A stretch of 63,275 nucleotides of DNA, counting the filler, from Octopus bimaculoides (lineage: Eukaryota): assembly GCF_001194135.2 (NCBI RefSeq). It is 4 parts of 4 records of this genome, joined end to end, with 100 filler letters (N's around TTAATTAATTAA, not from the genome) between each part and the next. Parts side by side here need not be neighbours in the genome. Positions count along the whole stretch, not along the records: positions 1 to 27,499 come from NC_069000.1; positions 27,600 to 46,624 come from NC_069002.1; 2 more parts are not named here. One strand, 5' to 3'. The translations under genes and the position numbers were made by a program. Below, piece after piece: positions 25,775 through 38,150 of the stretch. Within the stretch, counting starts at the first letter, position 1. Each line of letters starts with the position of its first letter. The notes under the pieces are model-generated. The model made no database searches. It saw only the letters and a program-made list of their open reading frames with translations, and was not told the DNA's origin.

Positions 25775-27499
25775 AAACTTCTGTTCATCCTCTAATTCCT
25801 TATGTACTTTGTACTTCTATATGTAAACCATGTTGGCAAAATAACATAGTCTGCCATGGACACCTGTGCTTTGGTTCTTTCTTTCTTTTTCTTTTCTTCC
25901 TTTTTTGTCACTTTTGCTATGAATTAAATTAATGAATTCAACGAGATACACCGTGTNNNNNNNNNNNNNNNNNNNNNNNNNNNNNNNNNNNNNNNNNNNN
26001 NNNNNNNNNNNNNNNNNNNNNNNNNNNNNNNNNNNNNNNNNNNNNNNNNNNNNNNNNNNNNNNNNNNNNNNNNNNNNNNNNNNNNNNNNNNNNNNNNNNN
26101 NNNNNNNNNNNNNNNNNNNNNNNNNNNNNNNNNNNNNNNNNNNNNNNNNNNNNNNNNNNNNNNNNNNNNNNNNNNNNNNNNNNNNNNNNNNNNNNNNNNN
26201 NNNNNNNNNNNNNNNNNNNNNNNNNNNNNNNNNNNNNNNNNNNNNNNNNNNNNNNNNNNNNNNNNNNNNNNNNNNNNNNNNNNNNNNNNNNNNNNNNNNN
26301 NNNNNNNNNNNNNNNNNNNNNNNNNNNNNNNNNNNNNNNNNNNNNNNNNNNNNNNNNNNNNNNNNNNNNNNNNNNNNNNNNNNNNNNNNNNNNNNNNNNN
26401 NNNNNNNNNNNNNNNNNNNNNNNNNNNNNNNNNNNNNNNNNNNNNNNNNNNNNNNNNNNNNNNNNNNNNNNNNNNNNNNNNNNNNNNNNNNNNNNNNNNN
26501 NNNNNNNNNNNNNNNNNNNNNNNNNNNNNNNNNNNNNNNNNNNNNNNNNNNTATATATATATACCTATACATATATACATACATATGTATGTATATATGC
26601 ATGTTAAATAATTTTCAAATGAATTCTATACATCTACACACGCAATTCTGTAAAGAAAAACGACAAAAACATCCAGTAAAAATAATGATCAAAGAAAAAA
26701 ATATTACGAAACCACACCAAAATACTAACCGGAAAATGAAAAATTGCCAAAAAGATTACAGCTGACATTTTATTTAATAAAGTATAACGAAAACTCTAAG
26801 AATGAGGATCAGTCAGGTTTAGACGAAATAAGAAAACATCGATTTGGGATTACCATCTATCAGATGTCCGAACAACAAAAATATTTATTTATACAAGTGA
26901 CAGTTAGTATAAAAATAAATCAGAATAATAATAATAAAATAAAATATTTCTGTTCTTGAAGTTCAAAAGAATACTTGAGTAAAATCGTTATATTCAAATA
27001 TCTGATTGTCCTATTCTGATTGTTTCGAGGCAAAGCGATTGATATATTTAATATGTATGCTAAAAAGGTTTAAAAATGTAATATAATATTAATAAGAAAA
27101 ATGCATTATTTCTTTATACCCATACCCCTGTACCGAGAAGGGGACTTTACTGGTGTTGAAACTCCAATATTGCTGTTATTGCTACCGCAGTTTACTTGAT
27201 CATATATTGTTATTATTGCTGCTGCTACTGCTGCTGCTGCTGTTGTTGTTGTTGCAGGCGATGGTATTACCGTTTCTTCTTTAATCATAAATTACTAATG
27301 ATGTTCCAGCTGCGAACGTATTTTATTTCGGTTTTTATATTGTATACCAAGAATACTATAAAATGAGACACTACGTGCATTAATACGCCCACATACACAT
27401 ATACACATACACAAACACACACACAAGTACACCCAGACACACACACAGACATAGATAGATACATACATACATAAATGTGTACATATATATATATATATA

Positions 27500-27599
27500 N
27501 NNNNNNNNNNNNNNNNNNNNNNNNNNNNNNNNNNNNNNNNNNNTTAATTAATTAANNNNNNNNNNNNNNNNNNNNNNNNNNNNNNNNNNNNNNNNNNNN
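27500..27599. other. Artificial 100-bp scaffold spacer, N44-TTAATTAATTAA-N44
   Basis: The same layout occurs at 46625-46724 and 60123-60222. TTAATTAATTAA contains stops in all frames. Confidence 0.92.
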
Positions 27600-27652
<53 letters not shown>

Positions 27653-28559
27653 ATACACTGCGCAAATATTCATTCGTTGTCAATGTAAAAGAGCACTGAA
27701 TGACATAATTTAATCGTTGTTTTTTACGTCTGCTTTTAATTTTCCTTTCTAGAATTGCTTATTCTGTGTTGTTTATTTCTCTATTCTAAATTGGCAATCA
27801 TTTGCGTTGTTTCATTTGCAGACAAATTGGATACTATTAAACTATATAACACAACCTACACTGAGTCCTATACTGACTACTTCTACAACTATTACTAGGC
27901 GGAGGTGGAGGAGGAGCTCTGCTGCTGTTGCTGCTGTGGAAACGGCTTTTGAAATTCAAACAGTAATGGGGGCGGAAGATTCGTGGAAATTTCAAAGAAA
28001 GAAAGGGAAAGAAAAGAAGGAAGAAAAGAAGAAGGAAATGAAACTAAGAAACAAAGAAAAGGACATTTATTCTTCACAGAATTAAAATTAAGAAAACCTT
28101 GTAGAAAAGTTGTTTCTTCATATTATGACAGTGGTACTGCTATTATTACTAGGACTACTTCTATTACGTTTGCTAGTATTTCTGCAGTTACTGATACTCC
28201 TGCTTTTGTTGCTGCTGTTAATAATAATAACAATCTCTTCTACTATAGGCAAAAGGCCTGCAATTTGAAGGGAGAGGCTCGAATCATTGCTAGTGAGTTT
28301 TCTCTAATTTTGCTTGTCTTTTGCCGTGCTCGGCCTCTGAAATCGTAACTAGTCTCCAGCAGATGTATCCAAGGATCTTCTGACACAGTTTCACATCGTT
28401 TCTATCGTGGAACGAGCTTTCAATCGCGTTCCGAAAACTTTCTCGGATATATGTTTCACTCTATCTCTTTTCACAACATGGCCAGCACTTGACAAAACAG
28501 AGGAGTGGCTGTTGGAGAAAATGTATCTGCTTCCTTGTGCTCAATCGATGGGAGATATT

Positions 28560-29560
28560 GTAGTCAACCAAGAAAGTTGCCACTTTCTTTGACTTTTGCA
28601 AAGAACTTACCGACAATAACAACACCATCACCACCAACATCAACATCGCCAACACGCGAATGAAAACCACTAACACTGACAACTCCATCAACAACAATAA
28701 CGACTTTAGCAAGAACAACACCAACAACAATAATAGTAGAAACGAAACCAGCAACAACAACAACGATAATATCATAACCATCAGCAGCAGCATCGGCACT
28801 CACAAAAACGCTGACGGCTACAGCAGTACCAACGGTGATGCTATTCACGAAGGCAGTAACGAGAAGACACATCCGAAGGAAAAAAAAACATTCCTTCACA
28901 AATATAATATAATATCATTCGACCCAGCATTATGGACCTCCCAGAAGAGGAAAGGATTTCCTCCAAAAGGAGAACAGTAATTTATAAGTGCATTAACCAC
29001 AGAGAGAGAAAGCCGCTATACACTTGCCCAACCGAAATAGAAAAGTGCCTGGAAATGGAAAAAGGCCTGGCATTCCGTAGTTTATGCCTATTGAGGAAAA
29101 CAATGCGGGACTGTGGTAACTATCTGGAGCAACGAATAGGAAGCACGTAAGATGGCTTCAATGACCTGCTTCTCTGACTTTTATACCTTTATACATAGGA
29201 CGTTGTGTGACCAAGGTCAGGATCTAAGACGCATCTCCTCATAGTGACCAGGCCTGAATAATGTCTATACTAGAGCGCGGGGAGGAGATAAGCTTATGAT
29301 CAAGCTCCCCAACTGAACATAGAAACAGTGTCCATGGATTTTCAGGTTTTCGTTGCTCCGGAGGAAGTCCATGCTATCCCGGACTTTTTCTGTTTCGAGA
29401 GTGGGAGCAGATACACGTGGTCGTGGAGAGTAGGAAACCCATGGGCTACATTTGTTGCAGAACCGATCACTTAAAGGCTTTCTGTTCCACTGTGTAGAAG
29501 TCGAGAGAGGTGCCTCAGGGGTGCCCAATGTTCCAAACGCCAAATCCGTTGCAATCCAAA
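28560..29560 (+). mobile_element. Tx1/L1-clade ORF1 remnant
   Basis: Asn/Thr-rich leader, KRRTVIYKCIN, VFVAPEEVHAIPD and VVVESRKPMGYICCRTDHLKAFC (decayed knuckle). Confidence 0.65.
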
Positions 29561-29779
29561 AGAGAAAAGCAGCAGCAACCACAATGTCAAACACTGGAAA
29601 AGAGAGGAAATAAGGTCATAGGAATTCCTACTGACTCCTTGGATATAGAAGGGGCCCCAGATGAGACATAATCACCCGAGTGGGGGTGATAGTCGAGTGA
29701 CCCCCGAAAAAAGAAGAGAAGGAGAGAGAATACAGATGTAACCACGAAATCTCAAAAGCTAATACTAATAATATTAATA

Positions 29780-29991
29780 CATTCTACTCTAGGCACAAGG
29801 CCTGAAATTTGGTGGGAGGGGGCCAGTTGATTAGATCGACCCTAGTACGCAACTGGTACTTAATTTATCGATCTCGAAAGGATGGAAGGCAAAGTCGATC
29901 TTGGCGAAATTTGAACTCAGGATGTCAAGATAGACGAAATGACACTAAGCATTTTCCCCGGCGCACTAACGATTCTGCCGATTCGGCGCCC
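29780..29991 (-). mobile_element. SINE family 2, near full length
   Basis: Reverse complement aligns along the length of 43987-44200. Confidence 0.88.
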
Positions 29992-30038
29992 TAAGAATAA
30001 TAATGATGATAATGATGATGATGATGATGATGATGATG

Positions 30039-30082
<44 letters not shown>

Positions 30083-30779
30083 TATCATCATGGTTTCAAA
30101 TTTCGCCACAAGATCAGCAAGATCAGCAATAAAAATGATAAGAGGAACAAGAAGATCATTATTAAGAAAAAAACTATTGTGATTCTTATTATCATCATGT
30201 GTCTTACTTCTTTACGCCCACACAAACAGATGCTGACACCCTCAAGAATCACGCACATGTATATCACACGGTTAGCAGAGATTTACGCACTCACAATTAC
30301 ATACATGCGTACATACATACATACATACATACATACATACATGTCGGTACTAGTGTCTCTCTGACACCTAGGGCAAAGAAACTTACTTTATACATTGATA
30401 AGCGACTAAAATAAACACACCAGATTGTTCATTTACAAAAAAAATATTTACATGGAAGCTTATCATTCTCACAGAGACAATACTCTTCTTAGTGTGTATG
30501 GCGCATCGATTTAAACAATTTTTTGCATTTCTTACAAGAATAGTAAACCAGGAATGAGTCTCAAATAATTTCCAGTTCCTTTTTGATTATTTCTAGCCTA
30601 CTTACAATCACTGCGCTTTTAACCGATTTAATATTCCCCTTTTTTATTTCAATTTTAATGAGGAATTTTTTATATTACCTTTATATATTCTTTTGCCATA
30701 GTTATTTGTCTATATCTTTGCAACAAATTCTGCTACATAGGAAACTACGAATCTGAATTCCCTCCAATCCAATGGAATA

Positions 30780-32080
30780 TTCCAACACAAAAGACAGCTC
30801 ATAGCAGCAGCATCACAACCGACTCCGTCACCACCACCACCACAATTACGAATAAATTAAAGACAGCACATAGTTACAGTATAACAAGACCAACTGACTC
30901 CATCACCGCCAGCACTACAACGAACAACACCGTAATAAATGGAAAAAAATTCATTCGCTGCAACGGCGGCCAAGAGCAAGGAATTTCTCTGTATGGATCT
31001 GCTTCAGAAAGAAATGGATCTAGCTAAGGCAGCTAAATAAAGAAGGCTTGAGAAAGTGCGAGCGGTTATTGCTATCTCCACCGAAGTGTTGGCAGAAACA
31101 AAAAGGACAACTGTGTTGTACAGATGCGTCTCCGTAGACACGAAGCGACCAGAGATGGCAAGCCAGGCGGACGTGGGAAGAGCACTAGACGAAATAATAC
31201 CAGGCATTCTGCATGTTTTGATGGCAAAACAGTTTGCAGGCATTTCAGTGCTATTTAAATCTGAAATTCTGTCCGCCAAACAGTCCGTGGTTCCCTGTCG
31301 GAGTTAAAAGTAAGTGTTCCATGCATCCTGTTTAGGAAGGAGGATGGTGCGCATAACGATCGCTGGGAAACCACCAGAAGTAAACTTGTGGTGGATTCTA
31401 GAATGCATCGCATTGGAAATGACAAACAGCCTCCTGGAAATGAGGAGAAGACAACATAAACACTGGTCTACGACCTGTGTAGAGGTTCTCCTCTACATTC
31501 AAACACAAGCTATCCACAAGATTCCAGACCTCATTCGCCTCTCAAGAAAAGAAAAATTACAGGGATAGAAGATCACGGTGTCACTTGTGTGGAGCGACAG
31601 TACACATGAGAGCTTTCTACCCCTACAGAAGACATGGAACCACGGAAGTCCCTTACTGCCAACAACAGTCCACCAAAAGCCCCAACAACAACAACCAAAC
31701 CAACAACCACCAGCAACAAAAGCAGCTCCAACCCCACCAACAACGACATCATCATTATCAACAAGAACAGCAAAACCAATGAACGTGGGGAAATCACTAA
31801 CACCACCATCAACAGCAACATCAGCTACAGCAGCAACAACAACAACAACACTAGCAACACCAGTAACAGTTGCACCAGCTTCACTTGCTTTAACAGCAGA
31901 AGAGAGAATATATAAGAACGCACACGGCACTCAGGGGATTCCTCAGCGAAGCTCTCCTACTCTCCTCTTGTCTCTACTTCAAACTCCATCGACTAACACC
32001 CTGATTCCACGCACAGAGTCATCGGCAACACTCAGCGAACACTAGGACGGACCCCCAAAACCGAAAAAGAGCGAAAGGAA
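30780..32080 (+). mobile_element. Tx1/L1-clade ORF1 remnant
   Basis: KRTTVLYRCVSVDT, AIHKIPDLIRL, CHLCGATVHMRAFY knuckle, and a Thr/Pro-rich tail. Confidence 0.7.
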
Positions 32081-32439
32081 ACAAAAACAAAAGAAACATC
32101 ATGTTCCACATAAACACACACATGACAAATACATAGAAATCGCACCAACAACTGCCACAGACGCACCTACAGCATCACCAGCCTCTCCAGCATCCACACA
32201 AACACCGAATTTCGTGTTGTTAAGGAATCAAATAACCAATCAATGGACCACTTAGCACGAAGGAAGGGTATAATCTTTGGCACTAGCACCTTCCAAGTGC
32301 AAGAAACACTGATTGTTAGTTCGAATGCCTATAAAGGCATATAAAAGTTCTGTGTATCGAATTTCAGCGGCACTTCGCAAAACTATTTGGGGCGTGCGGT
32401 GCGTCGGAGATGAAGGTATATTTCACCTCCTACCTCAAC

Positions 32440-33436
32440 GGTGTGCCGCGCTCTTTTTGGTCAGGGATGCGGAGTACTACTAAATTCCGATAACAGCCGA
32501 GACATGCGGAACACAACGTCTAGCTGCCCGAGGGAGAAGTCTCTAGGGCTGGATGGTCTGCCCTTCGGGCTTTATCTTCATGAGCAGACTCGTTCGGTGA
32601 TCTTTTGGCAGATGTCTACCACAACTTGCAGCAGAACGGGAGAATACCCAGTGTTGTGAGCCCTGGTGCTGCTGAGAAAGGATCTGAACCACGGGGAACA
32701 AATAGATAACCTTAAGCCCATAATTCTGCTGAACGCAGATTATAAGATTTTGGCCAAGGTGTTAAGCACGAAGTTGGTGCTTGTCGTAGTTAGGCTGGTC
32801 AGTGACGCGCAGACATGTGCTATCCCGAAAAGACCTGTCCATCACAACCTCTATCCCACGCGTTACATCATAGAGAGGGTAGGAAAGGAACCTAGCATGG
32901 GTGGGACCCTGCTCACTTTGGATCAATGGAAATCTTTTGAAAGGGTCGACAATCAATACTTGCAGTCCGTCGACGCGGTGGCCGGCTTCATTCCCGTTAT
33001 CTGAGGTTGGATCGTTGCAACGTATAGCATTTGTTCGGTGGCCAAAGTAAACGGACACCTATCGGAACCGCTCAGCATCGCTCATTTGGTTCTTCATGGA
33101 TGCCCACTTTCTCCCCGCATTTGTATGTGCTGGCTCTCGTGCCATTACTAAAGAAGTTGGATATTTCGAGGGGCATCCCGCGTGATCTAGGATGCGGAGG
33201 TTTCGTGTCGGCTTATGCGGCCTATGTCACCGTAATAGTGTTGGACAGCTCAGAAGCTGAGGTGATCGCTACTACCTTAAAGGAATACGAAGCGGTGGCA
33301 GGAGCAAAAGTTAATCAAGACAAGTCGCTGGGCCTGCAGCTCGGTACCTGGAGAGGCAGGTTCATGCCAACCGACAGCGTTGTAGGGTGCTGGACGGCAA
33401 GACCGGTTAAATTGCTCGGAGTCTGGTTTGGTCCGG
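32440..33436 (+). mobile_element. Tx1/L1-clade ORF2 reverse transcriptase, decayed; APE endonuclease not seen
   Basis: KSLGLDGLP, KPIILLNADYKILAKVL, LDQWKSFERVD, SPHLYVLAL, SAYAAYVTV (YADD mutated) and VKLLGVWFG. Confidence 0.9.
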
Positions 33437-34705
33437 AATATTTATGTTTTCTGGTCTCGTTAATAGACTGCGTTATTCTCCTTTTCCACCATGGTTCCTT
33501 CAAGTTATGTTGACATTTACGGCTTTCAAACCTAACTTCCGGTCTATAAAGATCGAGATTACATTTATCAGACTGTTGGTGTCTGTGGTGTTGTCAGTCC
33601 TGATATCACCAGTGATATCAATTATCTTCCTGACCCATTCATTGAGATTTTTTCTGTCTACTTTTTTTTTAACCCTTTATGAAAGGTCTGTTCACCAGAG
33701 GTTAAAATATCAATGATTTCATTTAAAATGGATATTTATTCTTCGGTTCTCTCATCGCTTTCATGATCAACAATCTTAGCCTCATGCTCGTTTTCTTCCA
33801 TAGTTTCAATACCTGCATTCTCTTCCTCATCTTTCCCTTCACCGCTGGTCTTACTATCCCTAAGCACTCATCTCTTAATGCTTTCTAGTTCAACTGGAGA
33901 TAACTCTTCATTCCTTCTGATGGCCCTAGCCTGGTCATACAGATCTTGTTCACTTAATTCAAATAGGCCTATGTCTCGCCATGCCCTGTGCATTATTTTC
34001 CTATATCCCTAGTGGGTGCTTCATTATCATTTCTCGGATTACCCAGAAAGTAGCACTCCATTACAGCCACATTCATTTCTTTCGTCCACTTTCTTTTAGC
34101 AGATGCTTGATGACGACTGGGCCCAAGCTGCTCCACTGTGGAGCACCGACCGGGCGAGAGACCTTCACAAGGTGTTCCAGCCTCATTCACGTCGTTCTCA
34201 TTTCTATTTTTAGTTGACACTTCTGCAGTCATGATGAGGGTTAGTAAACATTAGGTTGCACAACCACCAGTACTTTTTCTCGTGACCGCATCACTGACAG
34301 CGCCTCCTCCCTAGGATATAGTATTCCTGTAATCCTGGCTTAATTTTTTTGAGTTTCCGTCTCTTTTTCCACAATTCTCCTGTTGGTTTTGTGAAGGAGA
34401 CGGGCTTGATTGTCAGGGGACAGATTGTCACCCCTGTGAATAAGGAGTCCTATCTACCCCAGTATTTAAATCAGAGTATCCCTTTTCCTAGACAGACTTC
34501 CAACCAAGGATCACGAGTTCTGTCTACCCGTTTTCAGAATGGTCATTGACTCTTTTAAGTTCCTCTGCCCTTTGCCGGGTTTCGTTTTTACTCCACAGGG
34601 TGTCGAAACTCCACCCTCTTCACCGAGAAAGCTCAGTGGAGTTGTCGGTTTAGTCACAGACGATTCGACGGTTTCACAACTACACTTGCTATATCATTCT
34701 GGCTA
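33436..34705 (-). mobile_element. R4/Dong-clade LINE 5' UTR plus ORF N-terminus, family C
   Basis: ATG at 34232; RKWTKEMNVAVMECYF and KEPWWKRRITQSINETRKH are typical of R4/Dong N-termini. The 5' end abuts degenerate (TAA)n. Confidence 0.8.
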
Positions 34706-34964
34706 ATTATTATTCACTATTATAATTTCAGTATTACTACTATAATCCTTATCTTATTATTCACTAATTCACTTCTATAGTTTCACAAATATTATTATAA
34801 TTATATTATCACTAGAAGACCGAGAAGTTTTAATATTGTCTCCCCTGATTTCTTTAGACAATAAATGATAGCAGACTTACGATTGTTAGTTTACCTGCTA
34901 CTAATGCTGCGGCGTTAAATTATTATTGTTGCTGTTGTTGCTTGTTGTTGTTATTATTATTATT

Positions 34965-35400
34965 GCCTTTGCACAGCTTCTAACGCTGGAGATGTACTAC
35001 GGTGTCAGCTGTTCACTACAAGTGAACTAAGATAACACCCCTTTTTTTTTTTGGAGCACCATCCGCAGTATTCGAGTGGTTCCAAGTAGTGCTGTTTTCT
35101 GCAAGTGCTCCAACATTATTGCAGCCTCTAGTTGTTCCATGTACTTCTCGAGATTTTTACTCACTGTTCCCAGGGCTTCGACACTTATTGGTACTATTTC
35201 CATTTTTTTCAACGACCACAACTGCTTCACCTCCCAAGCTAACCTGCCATATCTATCGACTTTTCTTTCTTCCTTATCGCATACCTTGTTGTCAGCTAGA
35301 CATGCTATATCTATGATCCAGCATCGCTTGCTATCTTTCTCGCACTGGATCATTAAATCCTTTAGGATCTTTACATTATCATCTTTCATGATGACTTCAG
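34965..35400 (-). mobile_element. R4/Dong-clade LINE 3' end, probably family C
   Basis: CWIIDIACLADNKVCDKEERKVDRY...VEALGTVSK...LQKTALLGTTRILRMVL, then a UTR ending in (AAT)n. Confidence 0.85.
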
Positions 35401-35440
35401 TTCGTTGATAATAGTAATAATAATTACAACTACAACAACA

Positions 35441-35486
<46 letters not shown>

Positions 35487-35778
35487 TTGAGTTCAGATAC
35501 TGCCTATATTGACATTATATTTCATCCCGTTTAAGTCGATAAAATAAGTAGCAGCTGGGCATTGGGGGTGTAGTTATCAATTATCACCCTCCCGTTAAAT
35601 TACTGGCTATAAGCCAAACTTTTAGACAATTATCATTACCTTATTATTACTTATTATTACTTATCCTTATTATTACTGTAATTGTTGCTATTGTTGATAA
35701 CGTTGTTGTTAATGTCACTTTTTCATATTTTGTGATACGAATAAAATGGATTCCACCTGCGATGCGATTGTGAAATGA

Positions 35779-35884
35779 GAAGAAGAAGAAGAAGAAGAAG
35801 AAGAAGAAGAAGAAGAAGAAGAAGAAGAAGAAGAAGAAGAAGAAGAAGAAGAAGAAGAAGAAGAAGAAGAAGAAGAAGAAGAAG

Positions 35885-35921
<37 letters not shown>
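35779..35921. repeat. Pure (GAA)n followed by (CAA)n
   Basis: Directly visible. Confidence 0.97.
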
Positions 35922-35922
<1 letters not shown>

Positions 35923-37594
35923 GATGAACAAGAAGATGAACAAGAAGAAGAAGACGAAGAAGAATGTCTAACATTGACACTAAAAAACAGACAAACTATA
36001 AAATTGATTAGGAAAGCATACCTGAGGTAAGAAGTGATTTGTTTCATAACTTTGAAAGAGATAAAGGAAATTATAAAGAGTAATCTAAGAAATAATGTAA
36101 TAAAAGCGATATGACAAAAAATAATATCCTGGAACTGCAGGAGTAAGTGTAGCAGAATAAAATAAACAGATAACAAATGAGACGTTTTAGAAAAACAAAC
36201 AAATATATAATGATAGCTAACATTAATAAAATAATTATAGACTGATAAAAAAAAGACTTATGTCAACGCAATGATTGGAGAGGAGAAGATGGAGAAATCG
36301 ACTGGCGTCTTTTCGATTATGCTTGGTTATGGAAAACTGAAATATCATCTTGGTTTTGATGGACGAAAAAATGTCTATGAACAGAACGAAAGAAGAGAAC
36401 GAAGAACGCATGAAAGATAAATCGTAACAAATAAGTATTCTCGAATTTCTATGGAATACATTCCACCAACCTTAGTTTTTTGCTTTGCGTTTTCTTATAT
36501 CTACCAGTATATTTCGTTTTACTTATAACATTTCTATTAGAAAACACTTAAGTCTATTGTTATATAAACCACTTGGTTATCACAAGTATTGATCACCTGC
36601 AAAGATCACTGCGGGGAAAAGTAAGGAAAATATCGAAAAAATATGATTCAATATATCTGGTAACGAAACAATAATAGGAGGCAAACGAATGAAAAAACTT
36701 AAAATTTTGTATATCGATTTGATTGACCAAATATTACAGCTATATTTTAAAGAAAATATTTCCAGTGCTAGTGGCAGCGATGGTGGTTATTTCGTGGTAG
36801 TGGTGGTGACAGTGTTGTCTGCATAATGAACGTTGAATTTCGCTTAAATGAGAAGTATGCAGTAAATAAAGACGCTAGAAGTTATTGAGAGGGAAAAAAT
36901 AATCGGTTAATTGCTGCAATAGTCTGAAATTTTGAAACAATTAGCCAAGTTATTTTTGAATTTAACGTTTCCTTCAGAGCAGTTTGTGATTGTCTTCAGT
37001 CACAATATTTCAGTAGGTGTAAAATGAACTGAATTTCACTGAGCGAAAGCAACTACCCGGAAGATTATTTTTGGTACTCACATTTAGATAGACAGGTGAT
37101 TTATAAGATAACATTGTATTGACTCACGTTCAGAGAAAAAGAAGAATAGTCAATGGCTTCAATAAAACTGCAACAGAAGACATAGGTTATGTACCAGTGG
37201 ATACCATATCCATATATTTCAATCAAGTTGAAGATGTGGCATTGAACTGTGTAACCACACAACACAAGAGCAGACATGTGACATCCAATGTTCTTAGATA
37301 CCGTTCATTAAATTCCACTCGAGTGATTTGCTCAAACTGGACCTATATGGAAAGATATATACTAATGTACCACAAGGGATTGGTAGCGTTTTAAAGTGAT
37401 TTTAAGTTAAATATGGTTTCTGTACTAAAGGTTATGTCAATAAAAAATAGCTGAAACATACGTAGAGAGAAGCAGAAAGTCAATCATTCAACGTTAATGA
37501 CTAAAGTATGTTAAACAGTAAATAAATGAATTGAATCTGGCTTGCATTAGATTTCTGATTGTATTTCAATGACTCAATCTCCCTGTTCATACAG

Positions 37595-37627
<33 letters not shown>

Positions 37628-37784
37628 CACGCTCTTTTTTCCTCTGTCGCTCTTTCTCTCTCTTTCTCTGTCTGATTGTCTGTCGCTCTCTCATTATTCT
37701 CTCTTTCCTCTGCCTGTCTTTCTCTCTCTCTTTCGCTGCCAGCCTTTCTCTTTCTCTTACTCGTCTGCTCACTTACATTTACCT

Positions 37785-37852
<68 letters not shown>

Positions 37853-37870
37853 ACTCTCTCTCTCACTCTT
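37595..37870. repeat. (CA)n plus degenerate and pure (CT)n
   Basis: Directly visible. Confidence 0.92.
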
Positions 37871-37988
37871 TCTTACACAAGCCAACAAGGAAGCTTCTGC
37901 TTTCTAACTCTTCCTGCTCAAATTATAAATTCCTGACTTCTTCAAAGCATCCAATTTCGCATCTGTTATACTTCAAGACGTTGCTCTG

Positions 37989-38150
37989 GCAACGTCTTGA
38001 AGAATTTTAATCGATTTAATCGACCACACTACTCATTTTGTTTTAGCCCCTGTATTATTTTTTCTATCAGTCCCTTTTGCAGAACTGCTAAGCTACGGGG
38101 ACGAAAATACACCAACATCGGTTATCAAGTTGTCAAGCGATGATGGAACA
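37989..38150 (-). mobile_element. SINE family 1 3' remnant
   Basis: gaactgctaagctacggggacg...acaccaacatcggtt...tcaagcgatg matches 8480-8540. Confidence 0.75.

Noticed and set aside
27544-27555. TTAATTAATTAA islands inside gaps (also 46669-46680 and 60167-60178)
   Set aside because: Always N44-12mer-N44, totalling 100 bp. This is an artificial all-frame-stop scaffold linker, not biology.
36241-36420. Short protein-like reading frames (TDKKKTYVNAMIGEE... and DWRGEDGEIDWRLFDY...)
   Set aside because: Under 60 aa, with no family match I can support.
37119-37394. 91-aa ORF of normal composition
   Set aside because: TTG start, no recognisable motif, and only ambiguous splice signals on either strand.
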